The position numbers and the translations under genes are program-made. Below, in pieces: positions 19,532-29,093 of a stretch of DNA of 64,000 bases. Below the pieces are notes generated by a model. That model ran no database searches and was not told where the DNA came from. It saw only the letters and a list, made by a program, of their open reading frames with translations. Position 1 is the stretch's first letter. Each line of letters opens with the position of its first letter. Source of the stretch: Myxococcota bacterium (GTDB lineage Bacteria > Myxococcota_A > UBA9160 > UBA4427); assembly GCA_965250285.1 (NCBI GenBank), contig OZ252299.1, positions 6,080,001 through 6,144,000 of the forward strand. The letters are read 5' to 3'.

Positions 19532-19918
19532 GTGCAGCGCATTCTGATCGTCGAAGACTCAGCGACCATGCGGTCGTTGCTCGTTTCGTGTCTCGAAGGG
19601 CTCGATGAGCCCGTGAAGATCACGGAAGCCTCGAGTGGGTTCGAGGCACTCCGTTATCTGCCGCGCGACGAGTTCGACCTCGTGGTGACCGACATCAACA
19701 TGCCGGACATCAATGGTCTCGAGCTCGTTTCGTTCGTGAAGCACAACGAGAAGTACCGAGGCATCCCGCTCGTGATCGTGTCGACCGAGGGATCGGATCG
19801 TGATCGCGACAAGGGTCTCGAGCTCGGTGCCGACGCGTATCTCGTCAAGCCTTTCGATCCCGAGCTGCTGCGACAGACCGTCCGCGATCTGCTCGCCGGC
19901 TCGAGCGACGCGGGGTAG
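19532..19918 (+). CDS. cheY: Single-domain response regulator (CheY-like)
   Basis: ILIVEDS, TDINMP, VSTEG, YLVKPF; complete active site. Confidence 0.9.
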   Translation: MQRILIVEDSATMRSLLVSCLEGLDEPVKITEASSGFEALRYLPRDEFDLVVTDINMPDINGLELVSFVKHNEKYRGIPLVIVSTEGSDRDRDKGLELGADAYLVKPFDPELLRQTVRDLLAGSSDAG

Positions 19919-19924
19919 ACGCCG

Positions 19925-22198
19925 GTGGCCGCGCGCAAGTCGAGGGCCAAGTCGCCGAAGGGCGCCGCCAAGAAGGGCGCGCGCGCCAAGGATGCTGCGC
20001 GTGCCAAGGATCCGGCGCGCGCCAAGGCATCTGCGCGCGCGAAGGCGCCGGAGCGCAAGCGCGCCGCGGCCGACGAGCCGCCGCCGAACAGCCGGGCGTA
20101 TCGCGAGTTCGTCAGTGAGGCAGAGGAGATCCTCGAGCGCATGCGCGAGGATCTCGCTGACCTGTACGACCAGCGCGCGACGCGCGACGAGATCGAGCCC
20201 GATCTCGTGAATCGCATCTTCCGCAGCGCCCATTCGCTGAAGGGCCTCGCGGGTATGTTCGGGCTCGACGGCATCGGTGAGCTCTCACACCACCTCGAAG
20301 ACATCCTCGATGGTCTGCGCCTCGGCCGCATCCGACCCGACGCGCCGGCGATCGATCTGCTCGATGAAGCGGCCGGGCTCATCGCCACGCTGATGGGGCA
20401 GCTCGAAGGGCCGAGCAAGGGCGAGACGGCCGAGAGTCTCGAAGCCGTGGCGGCCCTCGTCGGGCGCATCGACGGTGCGGTCGAAGCGAAGGACGAGAGC
20501 GACGACGAGCTGGCGGGGCTCGACCTCGACCCCGCGTTGCTGCGGGCGCTGACCGAATACGAAGAGCACCGACTGCGCGAGAACGTACGACGCGGTCGGC
20601 ACGTCACGATGGTCGACGCGACCTTCGAGATCATCGCGTTCGAAGAGGGCCTCTCCGAGCTTTCGGGTGCCGTGCGCGAGGTCGGTGAGGTCGTCTCGAC
20701 ACTGCCATCACCCGGCGACGCGCCCGAGAGCCAGATTCGATTCTCGCTGCTGGTTGCGACCGACATCGATGCCGGCCAGCTGAGGGAGCGGCTCGACCTC
20801 TCCGATGCCAACGTGCGCGCGGTCAAGCAGGGCGCTGCCTCGGAGGCGACGCCGGCGAGCGAGGCGCCCGCCGCTGCAGAGGCGCCCGCGGCCGAGAGCG
20901 CTCCGCCGTCGCCCGAGCAGCCCGCCCCCGCCCCCGGCGCCGCGTCTCCCCCGTCCGCGCGAATTCAGGGCGACCGCGAGAACGCCGAGATCGAGTCGCT
21001 GCGGTCGATCAGCGACACCGTCCGCGTGGACATCCGCAAGCTCGACGAGTTGATGAATCTGGTCGGTGAGCTCATCGTCCAACGCAATGCCATCGCCAAC
21101 GTGGCCGGCAACCTGGCCTCCGATCCGGCCACGGCGCGCACCGGCATGGAGCTCGCGAAGACGAACAAGTTGCTCGATCGCAAGCTCAAGGAGCTGCAAG
21201 CGGGCGTGCTCGACGTGCGCATGGTGCCGCTGCGGCAGATCTTCGAGAAGCTGTCCCGGGTCGTGCGTCGGCTTCGCCGTGACCACGAGAAGAACGTCAC
21301 GCTGAACTTCAAGGGCGCTGATACCGAGCTCGACAAGCTCATCGTCGAACAGCTCGTCGACCCGCTCATGCATGTCGTGCGCAACGCCTTCGACCACGCT
21401 GTCGAGACCGCCGACGAGCGCTTGGCCACGGGTAAGGACGCCGAGTGCGAGATCCTGATCCAGGCCTTCCAGCGCGGCAATCACGTCGTGATCGAAGTCG
21501 TCGACGACGGCCGGGGCATCGACCCCGAGCGCGTGCGGGCCAAAGCCGAAGAGCGCGACCTCGTGACGCCCGATCAGGTGCTCACCCAGAAGGAGACGCT
21601 CGACCTCGTCTTCGCCCCGGGGCTCTCGACCCGCGAAGAGGTGAGTGAGCTGTCGGGGCGCGGCGTCGGCATGGACGTCGTGCGCCAGAACCTGGCCGAT
21701 CTCGGTGGCATGGTCGAACTCGACTCGAGCCTCGGTGAAGGCACGACGGTGACGATGACGCTCCCGATCACCCTCGCGATCATCCAGGCGCTGATCGTCG
21801 GTGTCGGCGAAGAACGCTTCGCGATCCCGTTGAACAGCGTGCTCGAGACCCTGCTCGTCGAGGAATCGGAGATCCAGTCGAGCGAAGGGCGCCGCATGCT
21901 GAACCTGCGCGGCGACGCGCTGCTGCTGCGCACCCTGGCCGACGAGTTCGAGCTCGAGTCGGGTCGCGACGACGGCAAGCAGTTCGTCGTCGTGCTCGGC
22001 ATGGGCGATCAACGCCTCGGCCTCGTGGTCGAGCAGTTGCACGGTCAGCAGGACACGGTGATCAAGCCCATCAAGGGGCCGATTCGGAACATTCCCGGCA
22101 TCGCGGGCGCGACCGAGCTCGGCGACCAGGGCGCGATCCTGGTCCTCGACGTCTCGCATCTCGTCGCAGAAGCGGCGCGTCGCAGGGAGGTCGCATGA
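19925..22198 (+). CDS. cheA: Chemotaxis histidine kinase CheA
   Basis: P1 FRSAHSLKG, P2-like domain, KLDELMNLVGEL, DPLMHVVRNAFDH, DDGRGID, SGRGVGMDVV, C-terminal CheW domain. Confidence 0.96.
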   Translation: MAARKSRAKSPKGAAKKGARAKDAARAKDPARAKASARAKAPERKRAAADEPPPNSRAYREFVSEAEEILERMREDLADLYDQRATRDEIEPDLVNRIFRSAHSLKGLAGMFGLDGIGELSHHLEDILDGLRLGRIRPDAPAIDLLDEAAGLIATLMGQLEGPSKGETAESLEAVAALVGRIDGAVEAKDESDDELAGLDLDPALLRALTEYEEHRLRENVRRGRHVTMVDATFEIIAFEEGLSELSGAVREVGEVVSTLPSPGDAPESQIRFSLLVATDIDAGQLRERLDLSDANVRAVKQGAASEATPASEAPAAAEAPAAESAPPSPEQPAPAPGAASPPSARIQGDRENAEIESLRSISDTVRVDIRKLDELMNLVGELIVQRNAIANVAGNLASDPATARTGMELAKTNKLLDRKLKELQAGVLDVRMVPLRQIFEKLSRVVRRLRRDHEKNVTLNFKGADTELDKLIVEQLVDPLMHVVRNAFDHAVETADERLATGKDAECEILIQAFQRGNHVVIEVVDDGRGIDPERVRAKAEERDLVTPDQVLTQKETLDLVFAPGLSTREEVSELSGRGVGMDVVRQNLADLGGMVELDSSLGEGTTVTMTLPITLAIIQALIVGVGEERFAIPLNSVLETLLVEESEIQSSEGRRMLNLRGDALLLRTLADEFELESGRDDGKQFVVVLGMGDQRLGLVVEQLHGQQDTVIKPIKGPIRNIPGIAGATELGDQGAILVLDVSHLVAEAARRREVA

Positions 22199-22704
22199 GC
22201 GAATCGACGACCCTGACCGGTGACTGGGAGAGCCTGGCGCGCACCGCGGCGTCGCGACACGGCGCCGAAGAAGGCGGCATCGAGATGCTGCGCGAGCTGC
22301 TCTCGTTCGAGCTCGGCGGATCGCCCTACGCGATCCCGGTGGAGCGCGTCCGAGAGATCGTGCGTGTCCGAGAGATGACCCGGGTGCCCCGCGTGCCCGA
22401 ATGGGTCCGCGGCGTCGTCACGCTGCGGGGCGAGGTCGTCCAGGTGATCGACCTGCGAATGCGACTCGGCCTGCGGGCAGGCGAGACGAACAAGCGCAGC
22501 CGGATCATCGTGCTGCACGGCGACGACGAGCGCATCACCGGGGTCCTGGTCGATTCGGTGCGCGAGGTGCTGCGCGTCGCCGAGGAGTCTTTCTCGGCTT
22601 CGGCCGATGGCGAAGTGAGCGCGGTCGCCGAGCTCTGCTTGCGCGACGAAGAGTTCGTGTCGGTGATCGACGTCGACCGCGTGCTGGAACTCAGAGCCGA
22701 CTAG
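22195..22704 (+). CDS. cheW: CheW coupling protein
   Basis: YAIPVERVREIV..TRVPRVPEWVRGVVTLRGEVVQVIDL. Confidence 0.93.
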   Translation: MSESTTLTGDWESLARTAASRHGAEEGGIEMLRELLSFELGGSPYAIPVERVREIVRVREMTRVPRVPEWVRGVVTLRGEVVQVIDLRMRLGLRAGETNKRSRIIVLHGDDERITGVLVDSVREVLRVAEESFSASADGEVSAVAELCLRDEEFVSVIDVDRVLELRAD

Positions 22705-22770
22705 ACGGCAAGAGGGAAGCGAGACGCCGCGGCGAGAGTCGCCGCGGTGAGGTGAGGGCGAAAGGGCATC

Positions 22771-23268
22771 GTGCAGACCGAGACCGCACAGACTTTCGTG
22801 GGTGAGAACCAGGTGAATCTCGCCTGCTTCGAGACCGAGGGGCGCCTCTACGCGCTCGACGTCTCGCAGGTGCGCGAGATCGTCCGCTCGCAGGAGATCA
22901 CGCCGCTCCCGATGGCTCCGAAGCTCATCGAGGGGGTGATCGATCTGCGCGGCGCGGTGATCCCGGTGCTCGATCTGGCGCGCGTCCTCGGCGGTCAGCG
23001 CCCCGAGGAGACGCCCCAGTCGCGCATCGTCGTGCTCGACTGCGACGGTCTGGTGCTCGGCCTCTTCGTCGCATCGGCGACCGACGTGCTGTCGGTCGAT
23101 GCCACGCGCCTCGAAGACGTCCCCGAGCTCGCAAGTCAGGCGGGCTACGACGCCGTTCGACACGTGGTGCGCCGGCCCGACGCGGCACCGGTGATGGTCC
23201 TCTCTCTCGAGCACATCCTCGAGAACGTCTACAAGTCGGCGATCGCAGGCCCCGAGGAATCGCGATGA
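22771..23268 (+). CDS. cheW: CheW coupling protein (second copy)
   Basis: YALDVSQVREIV..ITPLPMAPKLIEGVIDLRGAVIPVLDL. Confidence 0.93.
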   Translation: MQTETAQTFVGENQVNLACFETEGRLYALDVSQVREIVRSQEITPLPMAPKLIEGVIDLRGAVIPVLDLARVLGGQRPEETPQSRIVVLDCDGLVLGLFVASATDVLSVDATRLEDVPELASQAGYDAVRHVVRRPDAAPVMVLSLEHILENVYKSAIAGPEESR

Positions 23269-25841
23269 ATCCCGAGAACCTTCCGACCTCGAACGAGCTC
23301 CGCGCGAAGCTTCGGCTGATCGACCAGACGGTCGCGCTGCCCTCGCTCGTGCTCGTGCTGACCTACATCGCTTCGGCCGTCGATTTTCGGCCCGGCGAGC
23401 TCACGCCGATGCTCTCGGTGCTCGCCGTCTACGCCGCGATCACCGTCGGCATCATGGAGTGGCTGCGGGCTCGACAGGTCGCTGCGCTCAAGCGTGTGCT
23501 CGACGCCGCTGAGGGCGAGCTCTCGCCGGAAGAGCTCGTCGCGGGCTTCCGCGTGGCCGTCGGTCTGCCGGCGACGGCGGCGCGCACCATCGCAGGCATG
23601 TGGCTGACGCCGGGTCTGGTCGTGCCGCTCGCGCTGGCCGCGATCGGGCACACGTCGTGGCTCGCGTTCGACCGGTGGAGCGTCATTCTCGTCGCCGTCA
23701 TCTGCGGCGCGGTGCTCTCGGCCGGGTTCATCTTCTTTCTGACGAAGTCGGCGCTCGAGGCCGTGCGAGAAGCCATCGGCCTGCGCTTCGACGACACCGA
23801 TGATCGCGCGCACGCCACGGTCTCCCTGCCCCTCGCTTCGAAGGTCCAGTTCGTCGTGCTGGGGGCCGTCGTGACGACGCTTCTGCTGACGGTCTCGCTC
23901 GCCTGGTCGCGATCCACGGCGGCCGTCGATGCTCAGGCGATGGAGTGGCAGCAGCGCGTCCTGATGACGATCTCCGCCAAGATGCGGGTCATGCCTTTCG
24001 CCGAGGCCCATCTCGCAGTCCTGCCGATCGACGCGGTGTTGGCGCACGACATCGACGTCTTCTACTTCGACGAGGGGCAAGACGTCCGATCGGTCCCCGT
24101 TGGCCGCGAGGGGGATCGGGTCGACATGACGGCGATCTCGAACGCGCCCGAGGTCGTGGGCGGCTCGGCTTCGCTCGTCAACGGTCAGGTGGTCAGCTGG
24201 CAGCGACTGCCGGATGGCCGGACGCTGGTTGCCGCGATCAGCCGCGCCGATCTCGAGCTCGGCTTCGGCGCGTTCGGATTCGTGCTGGCGCTGCTCGCCC
24301 TGCTGACCGGCACCGTGGCCATCGCGCTCGGCTGGCTGCTCTCGAAGGACATCCGACGCGCGGCCGAGGTGCTGCAGGCCGAGTCGGAGCGGCTCGCTTC
24401 GGGCGATCTTCGCCGCGGCCGCGTTTGGGAGGCCGAGGACGAGATGGGTGGCCTGGGCCGGGCCTTCGAGCGCATGGGCGCGTCGCTGCGAAAGACGGTC
24501 GGCGGCGTCGCGCAGACGGCCGACCGGGTCGAGGCGGCGGTCGCCGACATCTCTGCGGTCTCGCGCAGCGTCTCGGTCGCGAGCGCCGATCAGGTGCGCC
24601 GGATCCAGCAGGCGAGCGACCTCATGCTCGAGATCAATCAGCAGGTGCGCGGCGTCAGTGACAGCGCGCAGGCGCTGAACCTCTCGGTGGAGGAGTCGAG
24701 CAGCTCGATCCTCGAGCTGGGTGCCGCGGGCGACGAGCTGAACGACACCGCGACCGTGCTCTCTTCGAAGGTCGACGAGGTGTCGGGCTCGATCGAGCAG
24801 ATGGTGCGCAGCGTCAAGGAAGTCGGCTCGACCAGCGAGCAGCTGTCGGACGCCGCCGCTGAGACCTCGTCGAGCATGGAAGAGATGGCGAGCGCGATGC
24901 GCGCCGTCGACACCACGGCCGAAGCCACCGCGAACATCTCGAACGACGTGGTCGACCTCGCTGAGCGGGGTCAGCAGCGGGTCAGTCAGACGATGAGCGG
25001 AATGGAGGCGATCCGAGATGCGACGGACGCGGCCGAGAAGGTCATTCGCGGGCTCGGCGCGCGGACGAAGGAGATCGGCGGCATCCTCGACGTGATCGAC
25101 GACGTCGCCGACGAGACGAACCTGCTCGCGCTCAACGCGGCGATCATCTCGGCCCAGGCGGGTGAGCACGGTCGCGCGTTCAGCGTCGTCGCCGACGAGA
25201 TCAAGGAGCTCGCCGACCGCGTGCTCGCGTCGACGAAGGAGATCGGTTCTTTGATCCGGTCTGTCCAGGATGAGAGCGAGGCGGCAGTGGGTGCGATCGA
25301 AGCGGGCAGCCAGAGCGTGGCAGGGGGCGTCGAGCTTTCGGCCGAGGCGGGCAGCTCGCTCGAGGAGATCACGCGCGCGAGCCGCGAGAGCGGGACGCGC
25401 ATCGGCGAGATCGTGTCGGCGGTCCGCGAACAGACGAAGGCCACGGGCCACGTCGTGTCGCTCATGGAGGCCGTGCGCGAGGGCGTCGACCACATCTCGC
25501 GCGCGCGCAACGAGCAGGACGGCGCGAACGAGGTGGTCTACCGCTCGGCTGTGACGATGCAGGAGGTCGCTCAGCAGGTGCGCCGGACGACCGAGGAGCA
25601 ATCGCGCGGCTTCGGGCGGATTCGCGAGAGCATCGAGGGCGTGCGCGAGGCGGTCGAACAGATCAATGGCTCACTGCGCGACCAGTCGAGCGCGTGCTCA
25701 CAGGTCGCCGAGTTTCTCGAGCAGGTGGCCGACGGCACGCGCTCGAACGAAGACGCAGCGGGTCGCATGGGCGAGTCGATGCGCGTGATGATGGAGCAGG
25801 CCGAGGCGCTGCGCGCCGACCTCGAGGAGTTCCAGCTCTAG
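23265..25841 (+). CDS. Methyl-accepting chemotaxis protein; ~6 TM, HAMP, long (64H-like) signalling domain
   Basis: DEMGGLGRAFERM HAMP; IDDVADETNLLALNAAIISAQAGEHGRAFSVVADEIKELA hairpin tip. Confidence 0.95.
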   Translation: MNPENLPTSNELRAKLRLIDQTVALPSLVLVLTYIASAVDFRPGELTPMLSVLAVYAAITVGIMEWLRARQVAALKRVLDAAEGELSPEELVAGFRVAVGLPATAARTIAGMWLTPGLVVPLALAAIGHTSWLAFDRWSVILVAVICGAVLSAGFIFFLTKSALEAVREAIGLRFDDTDDRAHATVSLPLASKVQFVVLGAVVTTLLLTVSLAWSRSTAAVDAQAMEWQQRVLMTISAKMRVMPFAEAHLAVLPIDAVLAHDIDVFYFDEGQDVRSVPVGREGDRVDMTAISNAPEVVGGSASLVNGQVVSWQRLPDGRTLVAAISRADLELGFGAFGFVLALLALLTGTVAIALGWLLSKDIRRAAEVLQAESERLASGDLRRGRVWEAEDEMGGLGRAFERMGASLRKTVGGVAQTADRVEAAVADISAVSRSVSVASADQVRRIQQASDLMLEINQQVRGVSDSAQALNLSVEESSSSILELGAAGDELNDTATVLSSKVDEVSGSIEQMVRSVKEVGSTSEQLSDAAAETSSSMEEMASAMRAVDTTAEATANISNDVVDLAERGQQRVSQTMSGMEAIRDATDAAEKVIRGLGARTKEIGGILDVIDDVADETNLLALNAAIISAQAGEHGRAFSVVADEIKELADRVLASTKEIGSLIRSVQDESEAAVGAIEAGSQSVAGGVELSAEAGSSLEEITRASRESGTRIGEIVSAVREQTKATGHVVSLMEAVREGVDHISRARNEQDGANEVVYRSAVTMQEVAQQVRRTTEEQSRGFGRIRESIEGVREAVEQINGSLRDQSSACSQVAEFLEQVADGTRSNEDAAGRMGESMRVMMEQAEALRADLEEFQL

Positions 25842-25941
25842 CGCGAGCGGGGCTCGGCGAGACGGAAGGCCCGCTCGAGCAGGGCGAATGAGTTCGAACC
25901 CGGACCGGTGCGGGCCGGTCAGGATGCAGAAGGAAGCGAAG

Positions 25942-26997
25942 ATGATTGCAGCGTGCCCGAAGTGTGGAGCCAGGTACCGGGTCGACGAGTCGAAGATCGG
26001 CGAGGAGGGCGCGCGCCTGCGCTGCGCCAAGTGCCAAGCCGTCTTCCGCGTGCGCGCGCCGCAGGTCGCCGCCGAGGTGCCGGCCGCCCCCGATCCGATC
26101 GTGGCCGCGCCCCCCGCGCCCACGCCCACGCAGGCTCCGGCCGCCGCACCGCAGGCGGCTGTGCCCACCCAGGCCCCCGCCGACGCGGGGGCGCCCGCCA
26201 TGCCCGATGAATCGAGCGTCGACCGCGCGCGCTGCGTCCTCATCGCCGATCCCAACGAGGAGCTTGGCAAGGCGACCGCCGGAGCGGTCGCGAGCTGGGG
26301 GCTCCAGCCGGTACTCGTGCACGACGGCGTCGAGGCGATGATGACGATCCAGCGCCTGCTCCCCGCGGCCGTCGTCCTCGACGCGGCGCTGCCGAAGATG
26401 TTCGGCTTCCAGATCTGCGAGGTGATGAAGCGCAACGAGAGCCTGAGCTCGATCTCGGTCGTGCTCGTCGGTGCGATTCACAACGAAGAGCGATACCGCC
26501 GTCCGCCGCAGGAGATGTACGGCGCCGACGTCTACCTCGAGCAGCCGGATCTGCCGGAAGGTCTGAAGCCCCTGCTGCAGCAGTTCGGGCTGCCCGTCGA
26601 CGGCTCGGCTGCGACGGCGCCTGTGCCCACGCCCACGCCCACACCCGCTCCCACCGAAGCGCCGTCGATGCCGGCCGCCGAGACGAGCGCCGCTCCCGTG
26701 GCTCCGGTCGCGCCCGAGCCCGCGGCGGCACCCGAGCCTGCCGGTGATCCCGCGCTGGCCGAGGAGCGTGAGAAGGCCGAGCGCCTCGCGCGCATCGTGG
26801 TGTCGGACATCGTTCTCTATCAGGGCGAGAAGTTCGATCAGGCCATCGCCGCCGGAAACCTGCTCGAGATGCTCGATAACGAGGTGGAAGAGGGCCGCAA
26901 GCTGTTCCGACAGCGGATCGACGAACGGGTTCGCGACGAGCGCGATCACTTGATGGATGAGCTCCTGCGCGTGGCCCGGGAGCGAGGCATGCAATGA
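25942..26997 (+). CDS. Zinc-ribbon (MJ0042-finger-like) + atypical receiver + C-terminal helical domain protein
   Basis: CPKCGARYRV..RLRCAKCQAVF; VLIADPN..VVLDAALPKMFG; AERLARIVVSDIVLY. Confidence 0.8.
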   Translation: MIAACPKCGARYRVDESKIGEEGARLRCAKCQAVFRVRAPQVAAEVPAAPDPIVAAPPAPTPTQAPAAAPQAAVPTQAPADAGAPAMPDESSVDRARCVLIADPNEELGKATAGAVASWGLQPVLVHDGVEAMMTIQRLLPAAVVLDAALPKMFGFQICEVMKRNESLSSISVVLVGAIHNEERYRRPPQEMYGADVYLEQPDLPEGLKPLLQQFGLPVDGSAATAPVPTPTPTPAPTEAPSMPAAETSAAPVAPVAPEPAAAPEPAGDPALAEEREKAERLARIVVSDIVLYQGEKFDQAIAAGNLLEMLDNEVEEGRKLFRQRIDERVRDERDHLMDELLRVARERGMQ

Positions 26998-29093
26998 GCG
27001 TCGAAGCGAATGATCGCGAACGACAGATGATCCTCCACGACCTCGGGAGCCCCGACGAGGAGGTGCGCCGGCTCGCCGTCGAGCGCGCCGTCTGCCTGGG
27101 CGTCGACGAGGCGCTGCCGCCGCTCCTCGAGGCGCTCGGCGATGCCTCGTGGCGGGTTCGCAAGGCCGCGGTGGCCCGTCTGGTCGCGACCGAAGCGCCC
27201 GATCGCATCGAGCGCGCCCTGATCGAAGCGCTCGCCGACGGCGAGAACCCCGGCCGCCGCAACTCGGCGTTCGAGGCGCTCGTCTCGATGGGCAGCCGCG
27301 TGGTGCCCGCGCTGGTCGCGCAGCTCGACACCGACGACGTCGACGTGCGCAAGCTGATCGTCGACGCCCTCGCCGGCATCGGCGACGTCACCGCGACACC
27401 CGCATTGATCGCGCGCCTGAAGGACGACGACCCGAACGTGCGCGCGGCGAGCGCCGACGCGCTCGGCGTGGTCGGCGGGCCGGGCGCGGGCGACGCCATG
27501 ACCCGCTCGGCCATCGACGACGACGAGGACACGCTCGTCCGACTCTCATCGCTCCGCGGGCTCGCGCGCATCGAACACCCGGTCGAGATCGGATCTCTCG
27601 ACTCGGCGCTCGACGACTCGCTGTTGCGCCCCGCCGTCTTCGCACTGCTCGGCGAGGTCGGAGGCGCCGACGTGGTCGACTGTCTCTGCGACGGGCTGGC
27701 CCTGCCCGCACGCTCATGCCGTGAGGCCGCGATCGGCGCACTGCTGGGGCTGATGGGGCGCGCCGAGGTCGGTGACGCCGCCCTCGAGGCGCGCGTCCTC
27801 GAGCGGGCGCGCGCGGTCGACGGGCTCGTCTCTGCGTGCACCGATCGCCTGCCCGATGCCGACCTCGCGACGCGGATGGTCCTGATCCAGTTCCTCGGTC
27901 TGCTGCGCGACCCGAAGGCCGTGGTGCCGATCCTCGAGGCCGGTCGCGACGAGGCGATTGCCGAGATCGCGCACGCGACCCTGATCGAGTGGGGGGAAGA
28001 CGCGCTCGCCGCGCTCGAGCCCGGCTGGTCTGCGCTCGACACCGACCTTCGAGAGGCCGCCTGCGAGCTGATCGGTCGCATCGGCGGCGCCCGGGCCGCC
28101 GGCCTGCTGCGGTCGGCGATGGATGACGTCGACGCCACTCTGCGCGCCGCCGCGGCGCAGGCCGTCGGCCGCTGCCAATGCGCCGAGCTGATGCCGTTGC
28201 TCATCGAGCGACTCGAGGGCGCGGCGCAGGAAGGCGAGTTCGAAGACTCGAGCGAAGAGCCCGAGGCCATCGTCGCGTCGCTGGTCGAGCTCGCGCGCTG
28301 GGATGCCGACGCCGACGCCGGCCTCTCGGCCGAGATGGTGGGCCTGCTCGCCGCACGGCTCGAGACCGCCGAGGATGCCGGTCGCGTCGCCGTCGCCACG
28401 GTGCTCGGTCGCGTCGGCCGGGCCGAAGACGAAGAGCTGATCGTCCAGCTGCTCAAGGATCCCGATCCCCAGGTGCGTCGCAGCGCGGTCGGTGCGCTCG
28501 CTCGACTCGAACCGGGGGCCGCCTCTGAACCGCTGCGGCTCGCGCTCGGCGACGAGTCGGCCATGGTTCGGCTTGCGGCAGCGACGGCGCTCGGTGAGGC
28601 ACTGAGCGAACGCGTGATCGACGACCTGCATCGACTCATTCACGACGAAGACGCGCGGGTGCGCTCTGCGGCCGTGCGCGGCATCGGCCACCACGGTGGA
28701 CGCAATCACCTGACGCCCGAGCGCGCCGTCGAGCTGATCTCGAACGCGCTCGATGACGGGGGGATGGTCGCGCTGGCCGCGATCGAGGCCCTCGAGGCGA
28801 TCGGCGGACACCCCGCGGCCGAAGCGGCGCTCGAGGTGCTCGAGCGCGACGAGCCCGAGCTCGTCCAGGCGGCGGTGGCCTGCATCGGTCGACACGGCGA
28901 TGCCGAGACGGTGGCCGAGCTGCTGCCGCTCGTTGCTCACGAGAGCTGGTCGGTGCGCAGCGAGGCGATCCAGACGATGGCCGATCGACGCGTGGTGCAG
29001 GCCGTGCCCGCGATTTTGCGACGACTCGAGACCGAGCAGGACTCGTTCGTGCGGGACACGATCCTGCGCGCGCTGAAGAGCCTGGAGGACTGA
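26994..29093 (+). CDS. HEAT (PBS-lyase-like) repeat protein
   Basis: Repeated L.D.D..VR..A..ALG motifs (LGDASWRVRKAAV, LKDDDPNVRAASADALG, LKDPDPQVRRSAV). Confidence 0.88.
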   Translation: MSVEANDRERQMILHDLGSPDEEVRRLAVERAVCLGVDEALPPLLEALGDASWRVRKAAVARLVATEAPDRIERALIEALADGENPGRRNSAFEALVSMGSRVVPALVAQLDTDDVDVRKLIVDALAGIGDVTATPALIARLKDDDPNVRAASADALGVVGGPGAGDAMTRSAIDDDEDTLVRLSSLRGLARIEHPVEIGSLDSALDDSLLRPAVFALLGEVGGADVVDCLCDGLALPARSCREAAIGALLGLMGRAEVGDAALEARVLERARAVDGLVSACTDRLPDADLATRMVLIQFLGLLRDPKAVVPILEAGRDEAIAEIAHATLIEWGEDALAALEPGWSALDTDLREAACELIGRIGGARAAGLLRSAMDDVDATLRAAAAQAVGRCQCAELMPLLIERLEGAAQEGEFEDSSEEPEAIVASLVELARWDADADAGLSAEMVGLLAARLETAEDAGRVAVATVLGRVGRAEDEELIVQLLKDPDPQVRRSAVGALARLEPGAASEPLRLALGDESAMVRLAAATALGEALSERVIDDLHRLIHDEDARVRSAAVRGIGHHGGRNHLTPERAVELISNALDDGGMVALAAIEALEAIGGHPAAEAALEVLERDEPELVQAAVACIGRHGDAETVAELLPLVAHESWSVRSEAIQTMADRRVVQAVPAILRRLETEQDSFVRDTILRALKSLED

